Below are positions 19,481-27,588 of a DNA stretch of 64,000 nt, one piece after another. The notes beneath the pieces are model-generated. The model ran no database searches. It had not been told where the DNA came from and saw only the letters and a list, made by a program, of their open reading frames with translations. Positions within the stretch are counted from its first letter, which is position 1. Each line of letters starts with the position of its first letter. Position numbers and translations under genes: made by a program. This DNA is from an uncultured virus (IMG/VR IMGVR_UViG_3300050020_000041) (lineage: Duplodnaviria; Heunggongvirae; Uroviricota; Caudoviricetes): IMG/VR virus record IMGVR_UViG_3300050020_000041, positions 1 through 64,000 of that record; one strand, given 5' to 3'.

Positions 19481-22066
19481 ATGTATAGAGGGTTGAAGTG
19501 GGCTATAGGCATTATTACGTGGAGCAGACCGGCAGTATTTAAGGAATTCATGGATACGCTGGCGGCATGCGCGGATGTCAACAGTTGCGACAAAATCATA
19601 GTGGTGGAAGATGCTTCCGGTAACAAAGAGAAATATGCTCTCCTTGAGGAGTTCAAGAAAAGATTCCCGAATGCCGTAGTGCAATTCGCGGAGAAAAACG
19701 GTGGCGTATCAGCCAATTCAAATCGAGTCCTGAATGTATTAAAGTTGTATGACTTCGGATTCCTGCTAAATGATGATTATATAAAGATTAAGAGTCCTGT
19801 CTTCAAGAAGTACATGGACGCATTCCTGGCAACGGGAATTCATTGTTTTACCCAGAACGTCAATGTCAGGGGCAAAGTTATCGAGATGAATGGAGTCCAG
19901 TTGAGGGTTTCAGGCAAGAGCTACGGCACGTGGATAACGACCACCAAGCAAATGCTCCGGACAGTGGGCGGCCTGGATAGAAGAATGGGGAGATTTGGCT
20001 TCGAACACAGATTATTCGTACTGAAAGCTAAGAAAAAGGGGTTTATAGGAGATCCGAATACGTTCACGTTCTACGATATTGCCAATTCGTCAGCTTACCT
20101 CGCGATTAACAATGCCTCAGATGAATCCACACAGGGTACGAGCCGGTATACTGGGTTCAAAGACAAGTGGGAGCAACTAAGGAAGGACGTTTACAAGCCA
20201 TATTTCGGCGATGTTATCGATACGGCTCTGGACATAGTGGATCCGAAAGATGAAGTTCCGGTGACACCAGGTAAAAATGTAATGTCACGGGGAATATCTG
20301 ACAAAACGCTGGCAGACCAGATTAACTCCTTATGGAGCGCAGAGGACGTACCACTGTATTTCAAGGGGGATAAGAATACTTATTTCGCATTGTCCAAGAA
20401 AAACAAAGAGATGACAGCTTTGGATCTAGTCAGCGACAATGCCCATGCCGAGAAGGTAATAGCAGCGCATCAGGAGAAGTTTGAAAAATTCGATTTCTCA
20501 GGTCTGAAGGGAGATAAAAATAGGGGTGTTTTGTTTTATGCAATAGCTCTGTACTGGGGAAAGATGTTCCCAAGAGTTATCCAGGACAAGATGATTAACT
20601 ACCTGAAGGAAACATCCTTCAACCAGTCCAGATATGGGTGGCTGGCGTTCCTTGAGATCCCGTTAGGTTCAGCGACCAGATACTTCACTGAGTTACTCGC
20701 AGATAATCCTGCTCTCTACAATACGTGGGTTACGAAGACAGTCGAACTGCTTTATCCGGTAAAACAGCTTACGGATTTCCTGAAGAATTACAATCTCCCT
20801 TTGAGAGTCACGCCGACAGTAATGCCGATCCAGAAAATCAAATTTATGAAGATACTTTATTCAGCCAAGTTGAAGGAGATGAATCCCACTCTGGCTGAAA
20901 ACAGTGTGCAGCGCATATTAAATGAAGCCATCAAGGTCTCTCCGTTCAAAACAGAGGACTTGTTCACACAGTTCCTAACAGACCAGATGCAGAAGGAGGA
21001 AGAAGCGGACGCTAAGGGAGATATCAACGGAAAAGAATTCAAGGTGAATTTCCTCGGGCTGATTTCCTCTGTAAAAGATGGTTCGGTGGATGCTGATAAA
21101 ATAGTTACTGCGGCGACTCTGGATGTCATGAAGGCTGGCGTCAAGATGGATATTCCCCTGGATGAACAATTAAAATTTGCAAAAGCGGCCGAACTGGTTT
21201 GTACCGATGGAGCCGGCAGCTTTGAAAAAATCAAGATCGTCAACGGTGGCGCCAATACAACGTTCAAGGCTGAAGTAGGCGGAACAGATTTCTTTTTTAA
21301 GATAAGACATCACAGTCAGACCGAAACTGGTCCGATCAGCCAAAGCACAGCTGATTTCTTTAATAGAGTCGGCGTAGGTACTCCGATGGTTAAGCAGATC
21401 AAGCTTAGCGGAGGGGAGTTAAATGTAAAGGGTGTAGAAGTTAGAAACGAAAAGAAACAGAATCAGATATTCGATGCCGAGATGGCTGAATTCTTACCGA
21501 GTTTCATCGTATGTCAGGATTTGGCTAAACCAAAGGCTAAGGGGCAGGATGCAGCAATGGCGATAATCCAGAAGATCTCCGGCGATGACATAAAAAGATT
21601 GGTAGTAGCGGACTTCATGTCCTATCAGCAGGACAGGTTTACCGACAACGTGGGAATAATTAAAGATAGCGGTAAACTGATTGCCCTCGATAACGACTTG
21701 GCTTTCGGATTCATGGACCGCAAACCGATCCTGTCATTTATGATAAGGGAGCTGGCGCTTGATCCCCCCAAGAAGTATGCAAAAGATGAACGCTGTTATA
21801 GCTGGGTTGAAAGAGTATTCATGCCTGCGTTCGATTACAGAACCTATGGTGAAGTCGGCGTCAACTACGAACCCGAGATAATCGGGATGCTGACAGAGTT
21901 CAGCGACAACGAAGATGGGATGCTGGATTCCTTCTGTCCGACCGGCACAAGACCGAATATCAAAGAAGCCATCAGGCTGAATTTGAGGAACATGATGGAC
22001 GTGGGTTTTGAGGGTGCGATTATGAAATACAAATCCGAGATAATGAATAACGTATTGAAAAAATAA
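19481..22066 (+). CDS. Fusion: N-terminal GT2 (GT-A) glycosyltransferase plus C-terminal PI3K/HipA-like kinase domain
   Basis: N: IGIITWSRP, VVEDAS, NGGVSANSN, LLNDD, VGGLD, FGFEH. C: GGANTTF, FFKIR, DFMSYQQDRFTDN, LIALDNDLAF. Confidence 0.6.
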   Translation: MYRGLKWAIGIITWSRPAVFKEFMDTLAACADVNSCDKIIVVEDASGNKEKYALLEEFKKRFPNAVVQFAEKNGGVSANSNRVLNVLKLYDFGFLLNDDYIKIKSPVFKKYMDAFLATGIHCFTQNVNVRGKVIEMNGVQLRVSGKSYGTWITTTKQMLRTVGGLDRRMGRFGFEHRLFVLKAKKKGFIGDPNTFTFYDIANSSAYLAINNASDESTQGTSRYTGFKDKWEQLRKDVYKPYFGDVIDTALDIVDPKDEVPVTPGKNVMSRGISDKTLADQINSLWSAEDVPLYFKGDKNTYFALSKKNKEMTALDLVSDNAHAEKVIAAHQEKFEKFDFSGLKGDKNRGVLFYAIALYWGKMFPRVIQDKMINYLKETSFNQSRYGWLAFLEIPLGSATRYFTELLADNPALYNTWVTKTVELLYPVKQLTDFLKNYNLPLRVTPTVMPIQKIKFMKILYSAKLKEMNPTLAENSVQRILNEAIKVSPFKTEDLFTQFLTDQMQKEEEADAKGDINGKEFKVNFLGLISSVKDGSVDADKIVTAATLDVMKAGVKMDIPLDEQLKFAKAAELVCTDGAGSFEKIKIVNGGANTTFKAEVGGTDFFFKIRHHSQTETGPISQSTADFFNRVGVGTPMVKQIKLSGGELNVKGVEVRNEKKQNQIFDAEMAEFLPSFIVCQDLAKPKAKGQDAAMAIIQKISGDDIKRLVVADFMSYQQDRFTDNVGIIKDSGKLIALDNDLAFGFMDRKPILSFMIRELALDPPKKYAKDERCYSWVERVFMPAFDYRTYGEVGVNYEPEIIGMLTEFSDNEDGMLDSFCPTGTRPNIKEAIRLNLRNMMDVGFEGAIMKYKSEIMNNVLKK

Positions 22067-22075
22067 GGTTGGTTT

Positions 22076-22426
22076 ATGGAAAAAATAGCTTTCTTGTATT
22101 TTAATAGCGATAACGAAGTGGTGTGCAGTGAATATTTCAGACTGCAGGACGGCGTCGTCGTGAACTACATCGACACCGATGAAGGGGTTAAGCCGATGAA
22201 TACCGAATATACAAGTTTTGAGGATTTGGCTGCTTACTATGATACGAGGAGCCAGGCTATGCTCATATTCAACGTAGTAGATCCCGAAAAAGCACAGGAT
22301 GTATTAGGTACTTCCCTCGCCGACTTCAAAAGAAGACAGGGGCATGATGCCGATGAACAGAAGTTAGCAGATGACCTGGAAAAAAGTGGAGTGTTCGAGG
22401 AAGATGAACCCGGCGGAGACGAATAA
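22076..22426 (+). CDS. Hypothetical acidic protein
   Basis: 116-aa ORF directly after the kinase-like fusion. Confidence 0.55.
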   Translation: MEKIAFLYFNSDNEVVCSEYFRLQDGVVVNYIDTDEGVKPMNTEYTSFEDLAAYYDTRSQAMLIFNVVDPEKAQDVLGTSLADFKRRQGHDADEQKLADDLEKSGVFEEDEPGGDE

Positions 22427-22434
22427 CCAAGCCA

Positions 22435-23214
22435 ATGGTAAAGATCAACCCGGAAGGCGCAGGGACGCCAAGTTTTAATGGAGTGTTTAGGAGACCGTCT
22501 GCCAAGAAACCGGAGAGCCATCAGGCATCCCTGGAGACTTTAACATGTTTTCCTGAATTGAAAGCCAGGGTACAGGCGGGCTGGCCGTCCCAGAGAGTAG
22601 CGGATTACATCGAGACCACTTATCCAGCAGAATATGCAGGTCTGGGCATGGTCAAGGGAGAGTTAATCGATCACCTGAATTCGTTCAGAAAAGCATTGAC
22701 GCCACTGGAGACGGTGGCTATTCGTATGCCGGCTGAAGTAATCAAGGCAAAAGAGAAGATTGATGCAGGTCTGGATATCATGGCCGAGATGCAGGAGCTT
22801 TATGCGATCCAGAAGGGGCGTATCAATATTGATGTCGGTACAGAAAAGAAATTAAACAAGTTGTTTAAGACAACAGGAAATGAAATTGCGATAGCCGCAG
22901 CTCTGTTAAGAGATCTTGCTGCGATAATGGGAGATCTGGGAGTGAACAAGGGTAATCCGGGTGAAGAAGCGGCAGTAAGAAAACAGTTAATAACCGATTT
23001 CGGTTTGAAGTATGGGAAAGACTCGGTAGCCAAAGTGCTTAACGATCCAAGAGCAGTTTCCAAGGTATTAGGAGTGGCTGAGAGTTTATTCAAGTCCATA
23101 AGGGCTGGGGATGTGGCAGGTCTTCTTGCGGAAGTCCAGGCAGAAGAAAAGCCGGCGATGATAGAATTGCAAGTAATAGAAAAGAATGAAAAAGTATTAG
23201 AGGATGTGGTATGA
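22435..23214 (+). CDS. Hypothetical helical protein, candidate terminase small subunit
   Basis: N-terminal HTH-like GWPSQRVADYI, helical body, lies shortly upstream of terL; positional inference only. Confidence 0.35.
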   Translation: MVKINPEGAGTPSFNGVFRRPSAKKPESHQASLETLTCFPELKARVQAGWPSQRVADYIETTYPAEYAGLGMVKGELIDHLNSFRKALTPLETVAIRMPAEVIKAKEKIDAGLDIMAEMQELYAIQKGRINIDVGTEKKLNKLFKTTGNEIAIAAALLRDLAAIMGDLGVNKGNPGEEAAVRKQLITDFGLKYGKDSVAKVLNDPRAVSKVLGVAESLFKSIRAGDVAGLLAEVQAEEKPAMIELQVIEKNEKVLEDVV

Positions 23215-23978
23215 AATGGTCAATATGGTTTATAGTGCTTTTGTCATATCAGGTATGCGCTCAGGATCTTTCGCTTCGGAAAAATAGCCCATGTAGAGGT
23301 GCTGGCGATACCGTAAAGGTAAATGGACAACGGATTAAGACGGATATACTGGGAAATCCAGTGCCTTATAATCATCCGGATCTTGGAGCTTATCAGTATC
23401 AGGAGCCGCTACCAGTGCAACTGATCTCTTTTAAGGGGAAAACTTTAAGAGACAATTACGTTGAGCTTGTGTGGGTGACAGCGACGGAAGTAAATTTTCA
23501 TGGATTTGAGATAGAAAGAAAACTTTGGATGGGCAGTCCCTGGGAGAAGATCGGCTTCGTGGCGGCCCAAGGGAATAGCAATAAGGGTAAAGAGTATATG
23601 TTCTCAGATAAGCTCTCCATGGCAGGGGTTATTGCTTATCGCCTGAATCAGGTGGACAACGATGGTGGCTCGGTACATTCGAATATTATCGTGGTGTCAA
23701 TGTTACCCAAGGAATTTACCGTCTCGAACTACCCGAATCCATTTAATCAAGAGACGACGATCAGATATTCGCTCCCCTATGACTGTAAGGTAAGACTGAC
23801 GGTCTATAATGTCATCGGGAGTAAGATAGAGTCATTCCCAGATGAAATGCGCACACAGGGCAGTTACGAGGTCAAATGGCGCGGTCGGTACGCCGGCGTG
23901 TATATCCTCGCAATGACGACCAAGCGGGCAAACGGAAATCAGCATACGGCAGCAATCAAAATGGTGTTACTGAAATGA
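23211..23978 (+). CDS. Secreted protein with T9SS type-A C-terminal sorting domain
   Basis: Signal peptide (..VCA/Q); PDLGAYQY; PLPVQLISF Ig-like module (WVTATEVN..GFEIER, YRLNQVDNDG); NYPNPFNQETTIRYSLP...LTVYNVIG...AGVY...KMVLLK. Confidence 0.85.
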   Translation: MKWSIWFIVLLSYQVCAQDLSLRKNSPCRGAGDTVKVNGQRIKTDILGNPVPYNHPDLGAYQYQEPLPVQLISFKGKTLRDNYVELVWVTATEVNFHGFEIERKLWMGSPWEKIGFVAAQGNSNKGKEYMFSDKLSMAGVIAYRLNQVDNDGGSVHSNIIVVSMLPKEFTVSNYPNPFNQETTIRYSLPYDCKVRLTVYNVIGSKIESFPDEMRTQGSYEVKWRGRYAGVYILAMTTKRANGNQHTAAIKMVLLK

Positions 23979-24103
23979 ACAAGTCTTTACGGGTTATAGG
24001 GTTTGGGCTAACAACGATTGGGGCTGTCGGTTTGTTTTCGACGGTTCTAATTCTGATAGCTATTGCAACGCATTATTCGACATTAAATGAACTAATAAAA
24101 TAA
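23975..24103 (+). CDS. Small single-pass membrane protein
   Basis: ATGA overlap; MNKSLRVIGFGLTTIGAVGLFSTVLILIAIATHYSTLNELIK. Confidence 0.5.
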   Translation: MNKSLRVIGFGLTTIGAVGLFSTVLILIAIATHYSTLNELIK

Positions 24104-24112
24104 GGAAGTACT

Positions 24113-24187
24113 ATGAAAGACCTAATAAAAGAAATGACTGAGATTATTCAAAGTCTTGAAAGAATCGCGACTAATAAAAAGAAATAG
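24113..24187 (+). CDS. 24-aa micro-protein (amphipathic helix)
   Basis: AAGGAAG RBS; MKDLIKEMTEIIQSLERIATNKKK; fills the gap before terL-N. Confidence 0.5.
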   Translation: MKDLIKEMTEIIQSLERIATNKKK

Positions 24188-24192
24188 TCCCA

Positions 24193-25380
24193 ATGATAGA
24201 ACTCATTGATGGTCGTAATATAAGTAAACAGACTCCGGAGGAGGTACAGAAACTTCTAAAGAGGGATGTAAGGTCACTTTCACCTGAAGAGATGGAAGTG
24301 ATGCAGCTTATTATGGCTGAAATGACCGGCGGTAAAACTGGGTTACTTGAGCTAATGAACGAACTAGAGTTCCAAGAACCCATGGTAGATATCGAAACAT
24401 GGCTGACAGATCCGTACCACTTCGGAAAAGTGCATAACCTCTGGCCCAAGTTAATCGATGACATGATAGAGATGTTCAATGGAGAGTATTATGAGGTTAT
24501 TTTAACTGGTTCACTCGGCTGGGGCAAGACCTACATGGCTAAAATAGCAGCCTGCAGAGTGTTCTATGAGATGAGCTGTTTACGCAATCCGCAGAAGTCT
24601 TTTGGATTGGCTCCTGATTCCCTGATAGCATTCCTGGCGATTTCATTGTCAGAGCAGACTGCTCGTAAAGTAATCTTCGAAGATCTTCAGGGTATGCTCA
24701 CGATGAGTCCGTATTTCAACGAGAAGTTCAAACCGAAACTGACTCAGAAGGAAATAAGATTCCCGAATAACGTATGGGCGACTCCAGCTTCCAGTACGGC
24801 AAATGCAGGTATAGGAAGTAACGCAATCGGTGCAATCATGGATGAGTCGAACTTCTTGGGAGCTATGAGCAAGGAAATGAAGGCTTCACATGCCCGTCAT
24901 GGTCATGTAGATAATGCAGAGTTACTATATGCTCAGGTAAGTCGTAGAATCAAGTCCCGGTTTAACAAGTTTGGAAAAATGCCAGGGAAACTGTTTCTGG
25001 TTTCATCCAAAAGAACCACGACCGATTTTACTGAAAGAAGAATTGCTGAGGCAAGAGAAGATCCCAACGTATTCGTAAGAGAATATTGCTTAACTGGCGA
25101 CACTCCGATTAAGATCCCGCTGAAAGGCATAATTGCTATTAAAGATTTAGTCGGCGTGGAGAATTTTAGGACCGTATCGGTAGATCCAGCCACAGGTCAG
25201 GGCGTTCTGGGTAAAGGGCATTCAGCTCAGCGGACAGGAGTTAATGTCCCTGTTTATAAAATCACGATGGAAGATGGCTCTGTAGTGAAAGCTACGAAGG
25301 AGCATCCGTTCCTTATGAACGATTTAACTTATGTGGAACTTCAGAACTTAAAGGTGGGCGATGAATTGTTCAGCTTTTAA
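24193..25380 (+). CDS. terL: Terminase large subunit N-terminal (ATPase) half fused to split intein N-fragment
   Basis: Walker A GSLGWGKT, Walker B AIMDE, LVSS coupling motif; ends in a 97-aa intein N-fragment starting CLTGDT. Confidence 0.85.
   Translation: MIELIDGRNISKQTPEEVQKLLKRDVRSLSPEEMEVMQLIMAEMTGGKTGLLELMNELEFQEPMVDIETWLTDPYHFGKVHNLWPKLIDDMIEMFNGEYYEVILTGSLGWGKTYMAKIAACRVFYEMSCLRNPQKSFGLAPDSLIAFLAISLSEQTARKVIFEDLQGMLTMSPYFNEKFKPKLTQKEIRFPNNVWATPASSTANAGIGSNAIGAIMDESNFLGAMSKEMKASHARHGHVDNAELLYAQVSRRIKSRFNKFGKMPGKLFLVSSKRTTTDFTERRIAEAREDPNVFVREYCLTGDTPIKIPLKGIIAIKDLVGVENFRTVSVDPATGQGVLGKGHSAQRTGVNVPVYKITMEDGSVVKATKEHPFLMNDLTYVELQNLKVGDELFSF
25087..25377 (+). mobile_element. Split intein N-fragment (IntN, 97 aa)
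   Basis: Block A CLTGDTPI, VYKITMEDG, block B ATKEHPF (TxxH), ends LKVGDEL, then stop codon. Confidence 0.9.
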
Positions 25381-25852
25381 CATAGCGGAAGAGTCGCCCA
25401 AGAACCATCTGGAAATGATATCGAAACTTTATACTGGCGATTCAGATCTGTATGCATGGCAGGCGAAATTAGTGAAGGCGGTGAAGGTTGTCTCGGTAGA
25501 GAAGATCCCTGAAATAGCCAATGACGTTTATAGGCTGATCAAAATGTTCCAGGCGAAGCAGTGTTACCAGAATGCTTATCAGGTGGCTTCGCACATATCG
25601 GGAGTCGAATATGTCGAGGGCTTCGCAGATATAGTCGGAATACCGATTGACCATGCTTTCAACGTCTACAAAGGTCAGTATTTCGATGTGACGGGCGAGC
25701 TGGTATTGAAAAGAGAAGTTGAGAAGGACGTTTATTTCAAGGTTATGACGTATAGCCACAGCGAAATGAACAAGTTGGCGGTAGCGACAGGCACGTATGG
25801 TGGCTATCTGAAGGCGTATTACAAGTTATTTATTAAAAAAGAAGCAGCATAA
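25361..25852 (+). CDS. Hypothetical protein with putative Cys-His-Asp (transglutaminase/papain-like) triad
   Basis: KQCYQNA...YVEG...IDHAFNV...YFDVT. Confidence 0.5.
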   Translation: MNCSAFNIAEESPKNHLEMISKLYTGDSDLYAWQAKLVKAVKVVSVEKIPEIANDVYRLIKMFQAKQCYQNAYQVASHISGVEYVEGFADIVGIPIDHAFNVYKGQYFDVTGELVLKREVEKDVYFKVMTYSHSEMNKLAVATGTYGGYLKAYYKLFIKKEAA

Positions 25853-25861
25853 GGAGAAGTT

Positions 25862-26191
25862 ATGAAAGAGGTTAAAATAAGTTCGCTGGCAGAAGATTTT
25901 GAAATACTGGGTGGGAAAGTTCCGGAAGATTTGATCCCTTCGATTATGGAGGAAAAGAGATTGGCGGAGAAAGGAGTTTATTCGAAATTGAAACTGGGCG
26001 ATACTATTGTTGGTGATGATGGGAAACCAGTGTTGAACGCCGGCACTATAGAAGTATTGGTATTGGACAATGCCACCATGGAGAAATTAAAGGATGGTAG
26101 CATCAGATTTGTCGGGGAATTTAATGGCAAGCAATCGCAATGGATATTCTCTGCGAAAGAACTCAAGGCAATAGCGGGATTCTTGAAATAA
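25862..26191 (+). CDS. Hypothetical protein
   Basis: AGGAGA RBS; 109 aa; stop directly precedes the IntC ATG. Confidence 0.65.
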   Translation: MKEVKISSLAEDFEILGGKVPEDLIPSIMEEKRLAEKGVYSKLKLGDTIVGDDGKPVLNAGTIEVLVLDNATMEKLKDGSIRFVGEFNGKQSQWIFSAKELKAIAGFLK

Positions 26192-26192
26192 C

Positions 26193-26300
26193 ATGAAGCG
26201 CATCGCAAAAATAGAATTTGATGGTAATGAAGATGTCTATGATATCGAGGAAGATAGCTGTCATAATTTCACGCTGGCAAATGGATTAGTAGTCCATAAC
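26193..26300 (+). mobile_element. Split intein C-fragment (IntC, 36 aa)
   Basis: MKRIAKIEFDGNEDVYDIEEDSCHNFTLANGLVVHN/S: block F VYDI...HNF, block G HN, +1 Ser. Confidence 0.92.
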
Positions 26301-27356
26301 AGTCAGTGGGGAGCTAAGGATGCTAAGATATTCATGCCTGAGAGGTTTAAGGTGCTGGTCGGTAATTCAGTATTATCTTCTAAGGTATTGGAAGATGGAG
26401 AAGATGTCACTGAATACGAGGGTATGGAAGAAGTTCAGATTATCGATGTACCCATGGACTTCTATGATGATTTTATGAGAGATACCGATACAGCATTGAG
26501 AGATCTTGCCGGAGTAAGTACGGTGGCTATTACGCCGTTTATAAGGAACCGTAAGAAGATCATGGATGCAGTAGATAATACTTATCAGCATCCGTTTACT
26601 CAGGAAGTCTGGGATATGACTGACAGAGGTAAGTTCCTGACAGAAGCATTATTTAAGATTAACGAGTTTGGTGAAAGAGTACCAAGATTTCACCCGGAGG
26701 CATCCCGTCATGTCCATATTGACGCTTCATTGAGGGGAGATGCCACTGGGCTAGCTATCGGGCACATTTACGGATACAAAGAGATCCGGAAAAAGGTCGG
26801 TCCGATAGTAACGGTGGAAACACGCCCGCTGATTCAAATCGACCTGATGTTAAGGATTCATCCAAGGATGGGAGAAGACATAATTTTCCAGGATATCAGG
26901 AAGTTGATATACGCTTTGCATGAAATGGGAATGCCCATAAGATACATATCGATGGATTCGTACCAGTCTGCGGACAGCATCCAGGCGTTCAAAGCCCGCG
27001 GATACGAGTCGGAAGTAGTGTCGGTAGATAGACCGATGAAGGCTTATGATACATTGAAGCAAACTTTATATGAAGACCGTTTGAAAATGTACCCGTATCA
27101 GCCGGCTCAGGAAGAATTAAGAAGATTAGAATTTAATGCATATAAGGGAAAAGTCGACCATCCCGATGATTATTCAAAGGATGTAAGCGACGCAATCGCT
27201 GCGGTAGTATTCACGCTGGCGACGAAATACCCAGGTGAAGGCACTTCATTTTATTCGGAGTCATCGAGAAGTAAGCCGGGCGAAAGAATAAGTGCTTCGG
27301 CGGAGGCTGAGGATGCGGGCGATTCAGGTTTTGATGGGTTTGTTCAAGTAGATTAA
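26193..27356 (+). CDS. terL: Split intein C-fragment fused to terminase large subunit C-terminal (nuclease) half
   Basis: Begins with 36-aa IntC ending HN, then Ser+1; RNase-H-like HIDAS..GD, SMDSYQS, KVDHP..SKDVSDA. Confidence 0.85.
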   Translation: MKRIAKIEFDGNEDVYDIEEDSCHNFTLANGLVVHNSQWGAKDAKIFMPERFKVLVGNSVLSSKVLEDGEDVTEYEGMEEVQIIDVPMDFYDDFMRDTDTALRDLAGVSTVAITPFIRNRKKIMDAVDNTYQHPFTQEVWDMTDRGKFLTEALFKINEFGERVPRFHPEASRHVHIDASLRGDATGLAIGHIYGYKEIRKKVGPIVTVETRPLIQIDLMLRIHPRMGEDIIFQDIRKLIYALHEMGMPIRYISMDSYQSADSIQAFKARGYESEVVSVDRPMKAYDTLKQTLYEDRLKMYPYQPAQEELRRLEFNAYKGKVDHPDDYSKDVSDAIAAVVFTLATKYPGEGTSFYSESSRSKPGERISASAEAEDAGDSGFDGFVQVD

Positions 27357-27372
27357 AATAAGGAGAAATGTT

Positions 27373-27462
27373 ATGGCAACTGAACTGAAAGACCTAACTG
27401 TAGAGCTGGACGAAATCATCCAGCAGTTAGAAAAGAAACCAGAGCCGGTACCAGCGAAGTAA
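27373..27462 (+). CDS. 29-aa micro-protein (amphipathic helix)
   Basis: AGGAGA RBS; MATELKDLTVELDEIIQQLEKKPEPVPAK. Confidence 0.55.
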   Translation: MATELKDLTVELDEIIQQLEKKPEPVPAK

Positions 27463-27588
27463 ATCTTGGAACGGTTATTGGTGTTATATAACACGACACG
27501 TATTATGCAGTGATTATAAGTAAAGATTTGAATGGGATAAGGCAAGCAAGAACGGATGTCAACGATATGACTTTATGTGAAATAAAAT

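Noticed and set aside
25361..26191. Group I/II intron or homing endonuclease interrupting terL
   Set aside because: The gap is fully occupied by two ORFs with no endonuclease or RT motifs and leaves no room for intron core structure; intein motifs on both flanks explain the break at protein level.
24193..27356. terL as a pseudogene
   Set aside because: Both halves keep their catalytic motifs and all canonical intein residues; the break falls at the usual intein split position.
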